Positions 10,801 through 22,089 of a DNA stretch of 35,815 nucleotides are shown here, in pieces; within the stretch, counting starts at the first letter, position 1; each line of letters opens with the position of its first letter. The notes beneath the pieces were generated by a model. It was not told the DNA's origin. It searched no databases and worked only from the letters and a program-made list of their open reading frames with translations. The DNA is from Octopus bimaculoides (lineage: Eukaryota). A program made the translations under genes and the position numbers. The DNA is taken from the NCBI RefSeq assembly GCF_001194135.2, contig NC_068984.1, forward strand, positions 115,579,480 to 115,615,294. Direction: 5' to 3'.

Positions 10801-11287
10801 TAAAAAATTTTTTTCTTATTAATTCATCACCAAGATGGTGGCTAGCCAAAATATACTTTAAAGCAACAACAACATGGAAAAGAAAACAAAATACAAACTT
10901 CATTTGGGGATACATGTGCGCACATAAATGTAATGAATTCTAAGTTTCATTAAAACTTTGCAGACTTGTGTTACTCTAAATGCCTAATTAAAACACTAAT
11001 GATAATTCTTATGACATGGCCTTTATTATTTTTACTGTATGTAGCAAAATCATTTTCACAATGTGTTTGATGCTCCATAAGATGTTATTAGTTATTTAGA
11101 TTTTTCAATTACAGGCACTCGTAAAATTTATTCAAAATTAATGAACATCAAATCTATTAAAATTTACATGAAGAATAAATGTCAGAGAAGAAGAGAAGCT
11201 AATGAAATAGAGTTGTTCTTGTTGATGGTGGTGGTAAATGTATTTATGTTTATATATGTTTTGCTTTTATTTCTAAATATTTCTCAC

Positions 11288-11370
11288 CAATAAAGGAAGC
11301 CAATTTCCATTCTAGAAACAAGGCTCTTCCAATTCTAATTCTTCCAAACTTCCAATTTCTCTTTCCAATT
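11288..11370 (-). CDS. Candidate internal exon
   Basis: Acceptor ccactttag, donor TTG|GTGAGA; open frame IGKRNWKFGRIRIGRALFLEWKLASFI; low-complexity sequence. Confidence 0.25.
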
Positions 11371-11777
11371 CTAAAGTGGAATTTAAACATGATAACTGCA
11401 ATTTTTGTATATATATATTTATGTGAGTATGTATGCATGCATGTGTGTATATATGTATATTTGTTCTGGTTTCATTTTTCAAACTTCTTATCAGTAAAGT
11501 AAATGCCAGTTTCTAACCCAGAAATATGGTGTATTTATTGGTATTTAGACATCAACTAGTCATGAGTGTATGTATGTTAGGTCACTCTCAAGCACTACTG
11601 GTAACATGTAATCCAGTACAATCTGCTGCATGGTCATGACATCAGCAACTAAACCAGTAACCCCACGAAGCAACCTTGGTGGGGAGAGTGATTTATTGGA
11701 CACCATGTGGGATGAAAAACAAAACTTGTCAAAGAGTGGAGGAACTTAAGAGAGTCAGCGGCCATCCAATGATATGT

Positions 11778-12143
11778 ACGTATGTATGTCATTGTTCAGT
11801 TTTATTTCAAGATTTCTTGCCAATAGAGAAAGAGCTGGTTTCTAACCTAGATCCAAGACTCTTTCATTGGAATTTCAACAACATCAACAGGGTATCTTTG
11901 TATGTATGCATATGTGCAGATTTGTTTGTTGTGTTTTATGTATGTATTCTCATGCATATAGTTGCATATCTAGACATGCTCATATATACTTAAATGATAA
12001 ACTTCTGGAAAGTTTTACAGATCTTTACAGTTCTAGTGATGGATTGGATCAGTAGTCTTCAAATCAGCTAACTCCACAAATTCAGCATCGGTTGTCACAT
12101 TTTACTGCTTTTCCTACATCTTTTGTGCATCAGTTATTTGGTT
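11778..12143 (-). mobile_element. R4/Dong-like REL retrotransposon, 5'-truncated 3' end
   Basis: Minus frame RLLIQSITRTVKICKTFQKFII* and 3' UTR match 23200-23600; (TATG)n on both flanks. Confidence 0.8.
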
Positions 12144-12224
12144 GTATGTATGTATGTATGTATGTATTCTGGGAAGATATGCACCAAGATATAGAAATAC
12201 TTGGGTTGGTGTCCGAGGGCACAG

Positions 12225-12431
12225 TATACCCTCCAGCCTTCATCAGGTGTCTTGGGGGGAAATTTTAAACCTCATTCTTAAGGCATTTTTCAATGTTATT
12301 ATTATTATTATTATTATTCAGGTTACTGCCTGGAATCGAACTTGGAATCTTGGGGTTAGTAGCCTGCACTCTTAACCACTACTAACCCCAAGATTCCAAG
12401 TTTGATTCCAGGTAGTGACTTGAATAATAAT

Positions 12432-12473
<42 letters not shown>

Positions 12474-12620
12474 AACAACAACATCGAAAAATACCTTATG
12501 AATGAGAACCCAGGTTCAAAATTTCCCCAAGACACCTGATGAAGGCTGGAAGGTATATCAGCCGAAATGCTTTAACAACAAACAAGATGAGGACAAATAT
12601 CTGTCAAACGTAAATAATGT
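12225..12620 (+). mobile_element. tRNA-headed, hammerhead-tailed short element (copy 2) as a head-to-head palindrome
   Basis: Minus copy 12382-12225 (gtagtggttaagagtgcaggctactaaccccaagattccaagttcgattcc ... aagacacctgatgaaggctggagggtata) faces plus copy 12378-12620. Confidence 0.85.
12529..12576 (+). ncRNA. Minimal type I hammerhead ribozyme motif, intact core but altered stem III/I
   Basis: AAGACAC-CTGATGA-A-GGCTG-loop-CAGCC-GAAA-TGCTTT (copy 1 has CGTTGTGTT here). Confidence 0.7.
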
Positions 12621-12921
12621 AAATATTGAAAGCTAACTCATATATAAAACATACTCTTCTGGATATCTTGCATTTTGCTTGTCTTTGGGTTTCTTGATGT
12701 TGCTAGTGAGAGTTGTTGTGGTGTTGTGCAAGTCTCACTCAGCCTAAAACCCTTGCATAGACATTGCTGACGCTTTTACACTTGTCAGCAATAGTCATGC
12801 TCATCTAACGAGTAGATAGCCATTGCGTATGTATGTATGTATGTGCATAAATGTAAATGTGTGCAAACATGGATATCATTGCATCTGTGATTTATGTACA
12901 TATTTTCTCATTTATGTACGT

Positions 12922-13346
12922 CGTCGTCGTTTAACGTCCGCTTTCCATGCTAGCATGGGTTGGACGATTTGACTGAGGACTGGTGAAACCAGATGGCTAC
13001 ACCAGGCTCCAATCTGATTTGGCAGAGTTTCTACAGCTGGATGCCCTTCCTAACGCCAACCACTCAGAGAGTGTAGTAGGTGCTTTTACGTGTCACCCGC
13101 ACGAAGGCCAGTCAGGCGGNNNNNNNNNNGAAGGCCAGTCAGGCGGTACTGGCAACGGCCACGCTCATCTGGCTCGAGAAACCTCATGTGTCACCCGCAC
13201 AAGAGCCAGCCCAGGGGCACCGGCAACGATCCCGCTCGAAAATCCTACAACAACCCCACACAAGAGCCAGCCCAGGGGCACTGGCAATGATCTCGCTTGG
13301 AAAACCTCATGTGTCACTCGCACAAGAGCCAGCCCATATGCAAATA
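12922..13346 (-). mobile_element. SINE-like family D with tandem ~61 bp units and RTE-like tail
   Basis: Tail (tcg)n-tttaacgtccgctttccatgctagcatgggttggac ... ggatgcccttcctaacgccaacc, then about four tandem units. Confidence 0.85.
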
Positions 13347-13399
13347 AAGGATTGTATATGCATATGTGAAATATTATATGATTATAATGTGTACTTATT

Positions 13400-14270
13400 A
13401 CAATCTAAACTACATATTTTCATAGTCCCATCATTAGATTGTAATTTTAATTTTCTAATTAGCAGCCATATCCTTTCTGGATGTGGCAGCTAGTTACAAC
13501 GTATCCAAGTAACACAGTAATGACGAATGTTAATTTTAAGCTTTATTTTGTGCAGTGCAATCTGTAAATTTTTAATTAGTTTGCCTTATATATTTTCTTT
13601 TTTGCTTAGCTTTCAGAATATGTTAACATCTGTTAAGTAACTGATTTTTAGCTATTGCATACACACTATTCAACTCTTATGTTTCAACTCTACAGTTTAA
13701 TGAGATTTTGACAAGATCATTCCACCAGTATTCTTTCTTTTTATGTATGAGAATACCTATCTCATCATTGTAACTTCTTATATTTTTGTCCTCCAGGTGT
13801 CCATTCTACAGATTGTATTGTACAGTATTTTGGCCACCTCATCATGCTCTTAGAACATGATGTCATTTTTGAACAGCTGTTTATAATGTGGGTGAAATCT
13901 TATGTGTTAGTTCCATAAAATCTGAATGGATTATTGCATAAGGTGTTTTATTTGCATCCCATTCCTTTTATGTTCCTCAAGTACTTCGTTATAATTTCCT
14001 GTTCAATGATTGCAAATGACTACCTTTCAAAATAAAGTTAGTATAATGGTTGTTGGTTCAAACTAGACAACTTAGATTATCTGTTTTACAGTCACTTTCA
14101 GCTTTTGTGACAAAACATCAATGCATAACTTTCTGCTGATAGACTGAAAGCATTTTTGTCAGATGATTATTTTATAGCAGAAATGAATACCTATCCTGAT
14201 GAGCATCTGTGGCCATCAATCAGTTAATATCTTTTGAGGTGCTCCTTTCCAGCTCTCATGATTTTATTTA
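13400..14270 (-). mobile_element. R4/Dong-like retrotransposon, degraded C-terminal zinc knuckle and REL domain
   Basis: Minus frames YQQK..., ISHIINSCSKMTS, HDEVAKILYNTIC, KEYWWND, LIKNLQIALH, LIRKLKLQSNDGTMKI are collinear with 22090-23261. Confidence 0.75.
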
Positions 14271-14335
14271 CTTCATATATGCATACTTGATCCATTGGTA
14301 TAGTTCATTATTGAGTTTAGTAATTTTCAAAGACA

Positions 14336-14648
14336 GGGGTATCAAACTGCTGGATCACAGAGAGGGTCATAGCCCAACTAATTAGGGAGACAGTCTGCTT
14401 AGATGAGATGCAGTTCGGTTTTGTGCCGGGTAGAAGCACCACTGATGCTATATTCCTGGTACGGCAACTGCAGGAGAAATACCTAGCCAAAGATAAACCC
14501 CTATACTTAGCTTTTGTGGACTTGGAGAAAGCCTTTGACAGGGTCCCTCGATCCCTTATCTGGTAGGCAATGCAGAAACTGGGGATTGACGAATGGTTAA
14601 TAAGGGCTGTACAGGCCCTATATAGCGATGCCATTAGTAGGATTAGAG
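14336..14648 (+). pseudogene. RTE-clade reverse transcriptase fragment
   Basis: ERVIAQLIRETVCLDEMQFGFVPGRSTTDAIFLVRQLQEKYLAKDKPLYLAFVDLEKAFDRVPRSLIW*AMQKLGIDEWLIRAVQALY; one in-frame stop. Confidence 0.92.
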
Positions 14649-14760
14649 AGACAGAGAGTGATGGTGGTGGTGGTGGTGGTGATAGTGAGTCCATAGGGAA
14701 AAGAGAGAGAGAGAGAGAGAGTGATGGTGGTGGTGGTGATAGTGAGTACATAGTGAAAAG
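14645..14760. repeat. Two-copy tandem duplication with (GA)n/(GGT)n
   Basis: gagagtgatggtggt...gatagtgagt(c/a)catag repeated twice. Confidence 0.85.
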
Positions 14761-14818
14761 TAATTATTTTTAATTGAACTAAGATTTTTATATCACCCAT
14801 CACTTAAAGCATGTGCAT

Positions 14819-15070
14819 CCCAAACTTGCCATTCACTTTAGAAAGAAACCAGTTTCCTGTTTGCCTGTCATATGCAATGACTATCAATAAATCACAAGGG
14901 CAGACATTTGATAAAGTGGGGCTGTTCTTACCTGAACCTGTATTCAGCCATGGTCAGCTATATGTTGCATTCTCAAGGGTTCGCAAATTATCGGAGGTGA
15001 AAGTTAAAGTTATCAACACTGACAAACAAGGGAAAAGAAGAGGGAGAACTTACACAAAGTACATAGTGTG
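14819..15070 (+). pseudogene. Helitron RepHel PIF1 helicase C-terminal fragment
   Basis: [52 protein letters not shown]: PIF1 motifs V and VI. Confidence 0.92.
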
Positions 15071-15859
15071 CATGTCTTGCAAACAACTCACACAAGCAAG
15101 TGCTACCAGTTGAGAACTCTGCATACCGGAAGCCAGCAAGTGTATGGGGTCATCAGGAGAGAATGTGCACCGTTTCGGGGCCTACCTCGCGACGGCATCA
15201 ATGCGCACCGGCCCCACCTCACTGATATGAGGCCCCGCTTGCTAGATCAACTGGTTATTAAAAACAAAGCTCAATATTTCTCTAGCCATCGCTCATCGTC
15301 TCTTTTTAACCAAATCGAGTGGCTAGCCTTCTCCACTGTAGTTTGGATATCAGTCATGGTGGTATTTCCCTTATGATGAGTCAGGCCTAACGATAACAGC
15401 AGTTGTCCCACACTGTGTCCTACAAACCCTCTACATCCAACTTCGATTGGAAAATGCTCCGTGTCTTCACATTTCTCGAGGAAGTATTGGATTGAAAGGT
15501 GTACGCAAATTGAAATGTGTATGGGCTCTGACCCATTGCTTTGGCTTATAAGTTAACAACGATATGGTTTTCAGAGTAAGCCATGTTGCATTAAATTTTT
15601 ACCCTGTGAAATTGTGACCCCTATATTTTACATATAAAATAATTTTTTTTATTATAAAACTTTTGTTTTCTAGATATGAAATTATGACCATGTAAATTTT
15701 AAGATGTCATTTTTTATGTTCAAGGGGGAAATGGAAAAATAAGAGTGCTGTGTATTATGTCTATAAAATTGTGCATCAAGTATATAATGTATATATATAA
15801 AGTGCATTAAGTAATCATCGTATTCCAATTTCTTTCATTTTCCAATGAATAGCAGATGA

Positions 15860-16290
15860 ACTACTTATGTTTTGATACAGATAAAACACAGGCTATGCTT
15901 TCAGGTTTTTTGGATAAAGTTTTCAGGAATAACCCAATAAATAGGTTTACTATTAATTCTGTGAAATATTCATGGGTCCTACTAGTTCTGAATAATTCTA
16001 TCACAGCTTCAAAGATATCACCATTAACACTACATACATTTAGTATAACACAAGGACAGTAGTTCTTATCCTTTCACACTGCATTCTAGTTAAACTCCTT
16101 TTCCCTCGCTCAATATTTTTTTTCCAGAATGAATCTATATCTTCTTGAGAAGTAATTTATTAATTGTCTTCTCACATCTTCTGTTAACTACTGATTGGTT
16201 TCAACTGAATTTTCTTGTTAATTATCTTTCTTTTATCATCTCTTTTCTGACAGAGTTTCTCACTAGCAGCTTTTAACTTCTACTTTAAGA
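15860..16290 (-). mobile_element. Very degraded non-LTR RT start (possibly R4/Dong-like)
   Basis: Minus frame KDKNYCPCVILNV resembles KNYRPITCLN; many stops. Confidence 0.3.
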
Positions 16291-16369
16291 TGATCAATTT
16301 AGATTCAAATTTTCTTTGTTTGCAATGTTATACTTTTCACTTTTTGTGGATGAGAAATGTAGTTAGTTA

Positions 16370-16560
16370 TTTCTATGTATGTATGTATGCATGTGTGTGT
16401 ATGTATGTATGTATGTATGAGTATGCATATGTATGCATGCATGCATCCATGCTATTGTATATGTTAGTTTATATGTTTTGACTTATTCATGCATACATGT
16501 ACATATGTCTATATATCTATACATGTGTATGTATATATACACATATTACATATGTATGTG
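16370..16560. repeat. Degenerate (TATG)n tract
   Basis: Seen directly. Confidence 0.85.
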
Positions 16561-16564
16561 TGTG

Positions 16565-16619
16565 CATCATCATCATCATCATCATCGTTTAACGTCCGCT
16601 TTCCATGCTAGCATGGGTT
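16565..16619 (-). mobile_element. Family D 3' tail (cut by gap)
   Basis: (cat)n-cgtttaacgtccgctttccatgctagcatgggtt. Confidence 0.8.
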
Positions 16620-16769
16620 NNNNNNNNNNGCCCGGGTTACTGCTGTTCTTATTCAGATTAGTAAACAATAAATATGAAGATTTTTTTTTTTCTCATAATT
16701 ACTTCAAAATATCTATATCTTATTTTAAAATATCCAAATTGTAATGTTAATAGAATTTAGAACTGAAAA

Positions 16770-17400
16770 TCTGTCAATCTTGAAGCACCTCAGGGTAAAG
16801 AATATTTATTGTGTAATTTTTTTGTTGGTGTCCAAATGAATAAATTGTTGCTGCTTCCAACTTATGAGCAACCAACATAGAGCTGGCCATGGGAGGAGCA
16901 TGTAGTAGAGAGATGAAGACCAACTACCTTGAAGGATTGACCCTGAGATTTGTTGACTGAAATACCAAAACTTAGTTTGACTGGAAACTGAAGCCTCTTA
17001 AATTCAAATAGAGCATCTGTAGGTATGAGAGGAAATTTTGGAATAAGGACACTTTCTTCTTTGTGACTACCTGTTATGATTGTTGCTTGGAGGGCATGGG
17101 GGTTCATGGAAGTAACAATTAAACGAGTTCCATTACACAGGCGAAGTGGGTCAAGATTCCTAAGCAACATAATGGAAGCATCCAGCTTTAGTGTCAAGTT
17201 ATGCGGTGGTATCCCAGTGGGTTTAAGTGTGTTCAGAAATTCAACAGAGTAGTGATCTTCATTGACTGTTGTGTGAATTGATGGAAAAGTCATTTCTAAT
17301 GTATCTGTTAACTTTTGAAGAAGTTCATGATTGAATTTATCAACCATTTCATTAGTTGGAGCCATTATAGCTCTTTCACATGGCCAGTTTACATCAGTGT
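16770..17400 (-). pseudogene. Helitron RepHel PIF1 helicase fragment
   Basis: ERAIMAPTNEMVDKFN...GIPPHNLTLKL...MLLRNLDPLRLCNGTRLIV...LQFPVKLSFGISVNKSQGQS...HGQLYVGCS*; NILYPEVL continues after a stop and frameshift. Confidence 0.95.
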
Positions 17401-17651
17401 ACATCAGTTTACATTCACTCTCACATACACTGACACACACATACATTCTCACATACACTCTCATATACTAAGACAAACACACACAGACATATATTTACGC
17501 AATGAACGTGCAAACACATACTCACTCATATACAAAATGTGTCATCGTCATCATTGTTGTGGTATAAAATGTCCTTTACTATAGTTGACATAGAAAGATT
17601 ATTTTAGATAAAATGTTATATTGTTTTAATCCAAATGAAAATAAAAATTAC

Positions 17652-17712
17652 ATGTTGACACTTGTGGGGCCTAATACTACTACTTCGTAAAATTTGATTT
17701 GATTTGGGGGAG
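17652..17712 (-). CDS. Candidate 61-nt internal exon
   Basis: Acceptor tctgtctgctgcctatgcattctcaaacag, donor CAT|GTAATT; open frame PPNQIKFYEVVVLGPTSVN. Confidence 0.25.
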
Positions 17713-17756
17713 CTGTTTGAGAATGCATAGGCAGCAGACAGACAGATAGACAAAGA

Positions 17757-18035
17757 ATTTTGTGTGTGTGTGTGTGTGCGTGTGTGTGTATGTATGTATG
17801 TAGGTATGTATGTATACATATATGTTATATATGTGTGTGTGTGTTTGTATCGATATATGTACGCGTGTGTATGTGTCATAAATTTCTTTTATGGATATTT
17901 GTGAATGGTCAAAATAAATGTGTTTTAAGTGTACATGTACTTTCATGCATATGTGTGAGTGTGTGTTTGTATGTGTGCGTGTGTGTGTGTGTTTATCTGT
18001 ATTTGTGTGTGCATGTGTATGTGTATTTGTGTCTA
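17757..18035. repeat. Degenerate (TG)n/(TATG)n tract
   Basis: Seen directly. Confidence 0.9.
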
Positions 18036-18412
18036 TATAAGATTTCCAATTTCATTTAATCAACAACAGACCACACACACAAGCACACACAAATATTTTT
18101 TAAGGTTTCACTTTAAACTAATAAAACTTCAATCAATTTTCCCCGCCAAAGGTGCTAAATCTCAATCTATAGTTTTTACATTAGCAAACATGAACAGAAT
18201 GACAGCTGTTGTTATTTAGCATTTATATAAAACATTGTAAAAGTGATGAAAAGGCTGAATGGATGAAGTTGTAGATAACTACACAACGAATTCATCATTT
18301 AAAGGAAGGCCTATGCTTGTAATTTCCTCACAAGGAAACTTCATTATTTATTGCTTCTGTTTATCTAGTCATTAAGTAATAAATAAAAAGTTTCAATAAA
18401 ATACATGCAATA

Positions 18413-19055
18413 CGAAGGTTGGCTGAAACGTTCATAGGCTGACCAAGTTACTCTCATGGAACATGACCAAATAAGGTTTATTTTTCAACATAGTCCCTCT
18501 TGCGGTCCACACTTCTTTCATTGGTGTTGCAGTGCTTGGATCCGATTGGTGAAGAAGCTTTTCTCCTGTTGGTCAACAAACTCATCAACAGCAGATATGA
18601 CATCATCATCACTGCGATTCTGGTTCCCAGCCAAGAGTATTTTCATGTTGGGTAACAGTTGATAATTAGATGGAGCCAAATCAGAATAAGGATGGTAATC
18701 AACCAGTTCTAAGTCACAATCACACACAGCAGCCATAGAAAACAAGGATTTGGGTGCTAGAGCATTGTCCCGATGAAAAAGACCCCATTTATCAGATTTC
18801 CTGGACGTTTGGTCTTAATAGCCCTTCGTGACTTCCTCAACAAGTTGGCATAGTACTCTCCGCTGATGGTGGGGCCATTTTGAAAAGGCACTACTAGTTA
18901 CTTTTGAAATGTTTTTTGAATGGCAAGACGTCAGTTTAGCTGGAAAGAATCAATGCAGTTATTATGAAGAAGAGTTGAAATTAATGCATGCAAGATTTTA
19001 CAGCTCTAACAACACTCCTTGATAGTTAGCCAATGAACTTTTCAGTTCACCCTCG
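18413..19055 (-). mobile_element. Internally deleted mariner (DD34D type) element
   Basis: TIRs cgaaggttggctgaaacgttcat / atgaacttttcagttcaccctcg with TA at 18411-12 and 19056-57; C-terminal remnant HPYSDLAPSNYQLLPNMK...DEFVDQQEKSFFTNRIQAL. Confidence 0.92.
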
Positions 19056-19544
19056 TAGACTGGCTTCTGTTTTGCTGGAGAAATATAAGTAATGGTTATA
19101 AAGCAAGTGGTTTGTTGGCATCACTAATTGTAATGGTTGTATGTAAGTTGTAGTTGGTAATTGGTATTAAGTTTGGTTGCAGCTGCATTTCAAGTAGAAC
19201 TACAAACTGCATAGTTGGTAATTTCAGGATTCTTGAAATAAATTGACAGAGGAAATACTTCATAATTATCACAGCCTTTATGTAACCAATACAAAGTTTA
19301 TCAGAACTTCTAAGCATTGGAAATAGATTACTGGTTAGTTTATTAGAGAATCTCCTGTCATTGTAGTTGTAGCAGGCTTACAACTAAGTCATGTGTGAGG
19401 AAAATGATAGTGAATTAAGGCTTGTACAAGGTTTGTCATTGATGGCAAAAGGCAGTTGGGAGAGGTGTTACCTCTATGACATAGTTGAGAGTAGAAGGGA
19501 TGTTGTGTTTTAAGTCACTGTAATCAAGAAGACTGGCCCACCTA

Positions 19545-19783
19545 CATAAAAAGTACCAATGATGGTAACACATAAAAAGCACTGGTGTTCGTGTCATGTA
19601 AAAAACACCCAGTATACCCTGTAAAGTAACTGGTGTTAGGAAGGACATCCATCTGTAGAAACCAAGCCAAAACAGACATGGATCCTGATGCAGCCCCTAG
19701 CTTTGCCAGCACCTATCAAACAGTCCAGTACATGCCAGCATGGAAAAACAGGCATTAAATGATGATGATGATGATGATGATGA
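19545..19783 (+). mobile_element. Family D-related element with RTE-like tail and (GAT)n end
   Basis: taaaaagcac ... ggtgttaggaaggacatcca-ctgtagaaacc ... ccagcatggaaa ... ttaaatgatgatgat. Confidence 0.75.
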
Positions 19784-20509
19784 AGTTCACACTAGTTCAA
19801 TATAACAATGGAAATGAATGGGTTTATCTTAATTGAAAACAGTTTCATCTACAATGACGGTATATTTAATAGATAATACTCATAAATTCTGAGTGCAAAT
19901 TCAGAGAACAATGGAAAATAATACAGAGACACATTCGGACTGAGATTTCAATTCCTGGTTGTAAATAGTGTCTATGTGCTACATCTGTCTCCATTTACTA
20001 TTTAATGCCTCGGAAACTGGAAGTTAATATATATATACTGAATTCTTTAAACAGAAAAAAAAATAATAATAACACGAAAGTAATAAATAAATTATGTATT
20101 TCTTCAGTAGCATGTTTCTAAGTAACACTGGGTGTTATCAACAACAATAGGAGACCAGGACTCAGGTCATGCATCTATGGCTTGTTGATATCCACAACAT
20201 TAGCATTAGAATCTTAGCAGATAATAGTTTTAAAGTCAAGCTCTCAAATTTTCTCTTCAGTTTGAGAGAGAAAGGAAGAGAGAGTGAGAGATAGAGAGAA
20301 AGGGAGGGAGAGTATGTAGTGGATCACTTAGTGGGAAGTCTGAGAAAAAAATGATACATCGTAGAAGGTGCAGTTCATTTTGTTATTCCTTAAACAAACA
20401 TCCACTCTTAAATTTTAAGAAGTCTCCTTAGTTGTGTATTATCCCAAACATAATGACAATCTGTATCATAAATTATAGCTCTACATTCCTTTTTTAAGAA
20501 TACAAGTTC

Positions 20510-20720
20510 AACCACACTTTAATCCAGATGAGATGTGACATATCCTGTCACTGCAATGATAACAGCTACAGATCTGAAAGTGAATCTGTGGAAATTAAAT
20601 GTACAAAAACTTCATCAAGTAATCCATAGATATCTTCTCTCATATTTGTTTTAACAATAGTCATGCTTAAATTCCTAATTAATTTCCATAACAGAATATA
20701 ATTTTGCTTTCTGATTTCGT
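20510..20720 (-). mobile_element. Old R4/Dong-like C-terminal fragment
   Basis: FHRFTFRSVAVIIAVTGYVTSHLD resembles HPDYKFRFIPVIVGALGYVTNCLN at 23080-23160. Confidence 0.4.
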
Positions 20721-21096
20721 TAGATGCTTCTTCCACAAGTATTTATTGAAATTCTTACACCTTTTGTTTCAGCGTGTCCACCATTACTAATAAACAAAAC
20801 TAATAAAGTTGACAGTATATCTTCGAAGTTTCATTCTCAGGTAAAACTCCATGTATTTTAAACATTTTCTCATTATGCTGTATGTAAGACAAAGATTGTT
20901 CAGGCAGACTTGCCTCCCTTAGCTAAAGACCTCAAAATTATGTAACCCAACCTCGTTTTCGAAGTTATTTTTGTTGTAAAAAAAGAGTAGTTGGGCAAAA
21001 AACATGCTTTATTTGGTAGCTGAAAGATTACTGAATCTTTTGATATCTCATACATCAAAATCGGCAACTCAGTTTTCAAACCATAAAGGAACATAC

Positions 21097-21129
<33 letters not shown>

Positions 21130-21879
21130 AACTCTGTTGTAGTATGTAAGGTATACATATATGTATTTTGTGTCTATTTTCTGTAGATTTTGTTTAAAAT
21201 TAAAAGGGAAAGAAGCTGAAATAATTATTATCTATTATTTTAAAATATACAACGAAAAATTTATTGCAAGGAAAAACATGAAATAAATTTAAAGAAAGCA
21301 TTGTAATTAATGTTTTTTAAATTAAAAAAATTGTAATACTAATGGCTTATTAATGGACAATTATTGTTCTTTTAAAGCATTTCTGAAATATTTAACTCTC
21401 ATATTATTATTGTTGTTGTTGTTGTCATTATTGCTGTTGATGATGATGATGATGATGTGATACTGGGAAGAAAATTGAACACCTGCGTGGTTGATTATAA
21501 TCAATATTAGAAATGTTTTTTTTTTACCCAGAATCCTTTTTAATTCTATTATGTCTATGAAGACTGAATTTCATTTATAATTGTTTAAAGCCCTCTAAAG
21601 CTTCCATCTTGCTCACACACACACACTCTCTCTCTCTCTCTCTCACTCACACATACACACACACACAAAACGCATACACATGCATGCATGCATACATATA
21701 TGTGGCCGAACCAATGAGTATCTGGACTGTTGCCATATTAACGAAGCTAAAGCACACAGAGTGAAGCCACTAGGCACAGATTGACCTTGTACTCTGCTGT
21801 GCAAGCACACTAAGTCTTAATGTTCTAGCTCACTTCTACTGTTTACAGCAGTGCTTGGAAGGAAGGTGTATAGCATGTG

Positions 21880-22075
21880 ATCATCACATCATATCCAGTA
21901 CTCAAGATACACTTTCAGCTTCATACCTATTATTATTGGAGCAACAGGATATATACCAACTCATCTGGAGCAAAGGATGGCTCTTGGGGGTCTTGGAGAG
22001 AGAATGCGAATCCTTAATTCATATGCTACAAATGATCATGATATCTGGGACTATAAAAATCTGAAAGACCCTCTT
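21880..22075 (+). mobile_element. Old R4/Dong-like C-terminal fragment
   Basis: FSFIPIIIGATGYIPTHLE and LIHMLQMIMISGTIKI match the element C-terminus. Confidence 0.6.
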
Positions 22076-22089
22076 GAGACTTAAACGAT

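Noticed and set aside
12331-12382. Functional tRNA gene
   Set aside because: The acceptor stem and 5' part of the A-box are missing; it is the head of a repeated element.
13103-13146. Direct repeat gaaggccagtcaggcgg flanking the 10-N gap
   Set aside because: Typical unmerged contig overlap.
13085-13346. Regular ~61-bp repeats as a CRISPR array
   Set aside because: Eukaryotic context, no unique spacers and no cas genes; the units belong to a dispersed SINE-like family.
15145-15410. Additional hammerhead ribozymes in the GC-rich island
   Set aside because: Minus-strand motifs are in GAAAC-then-CTGATGA order with non-complementary stem II arms; the plus-strand motif has a broken core and no stem I.
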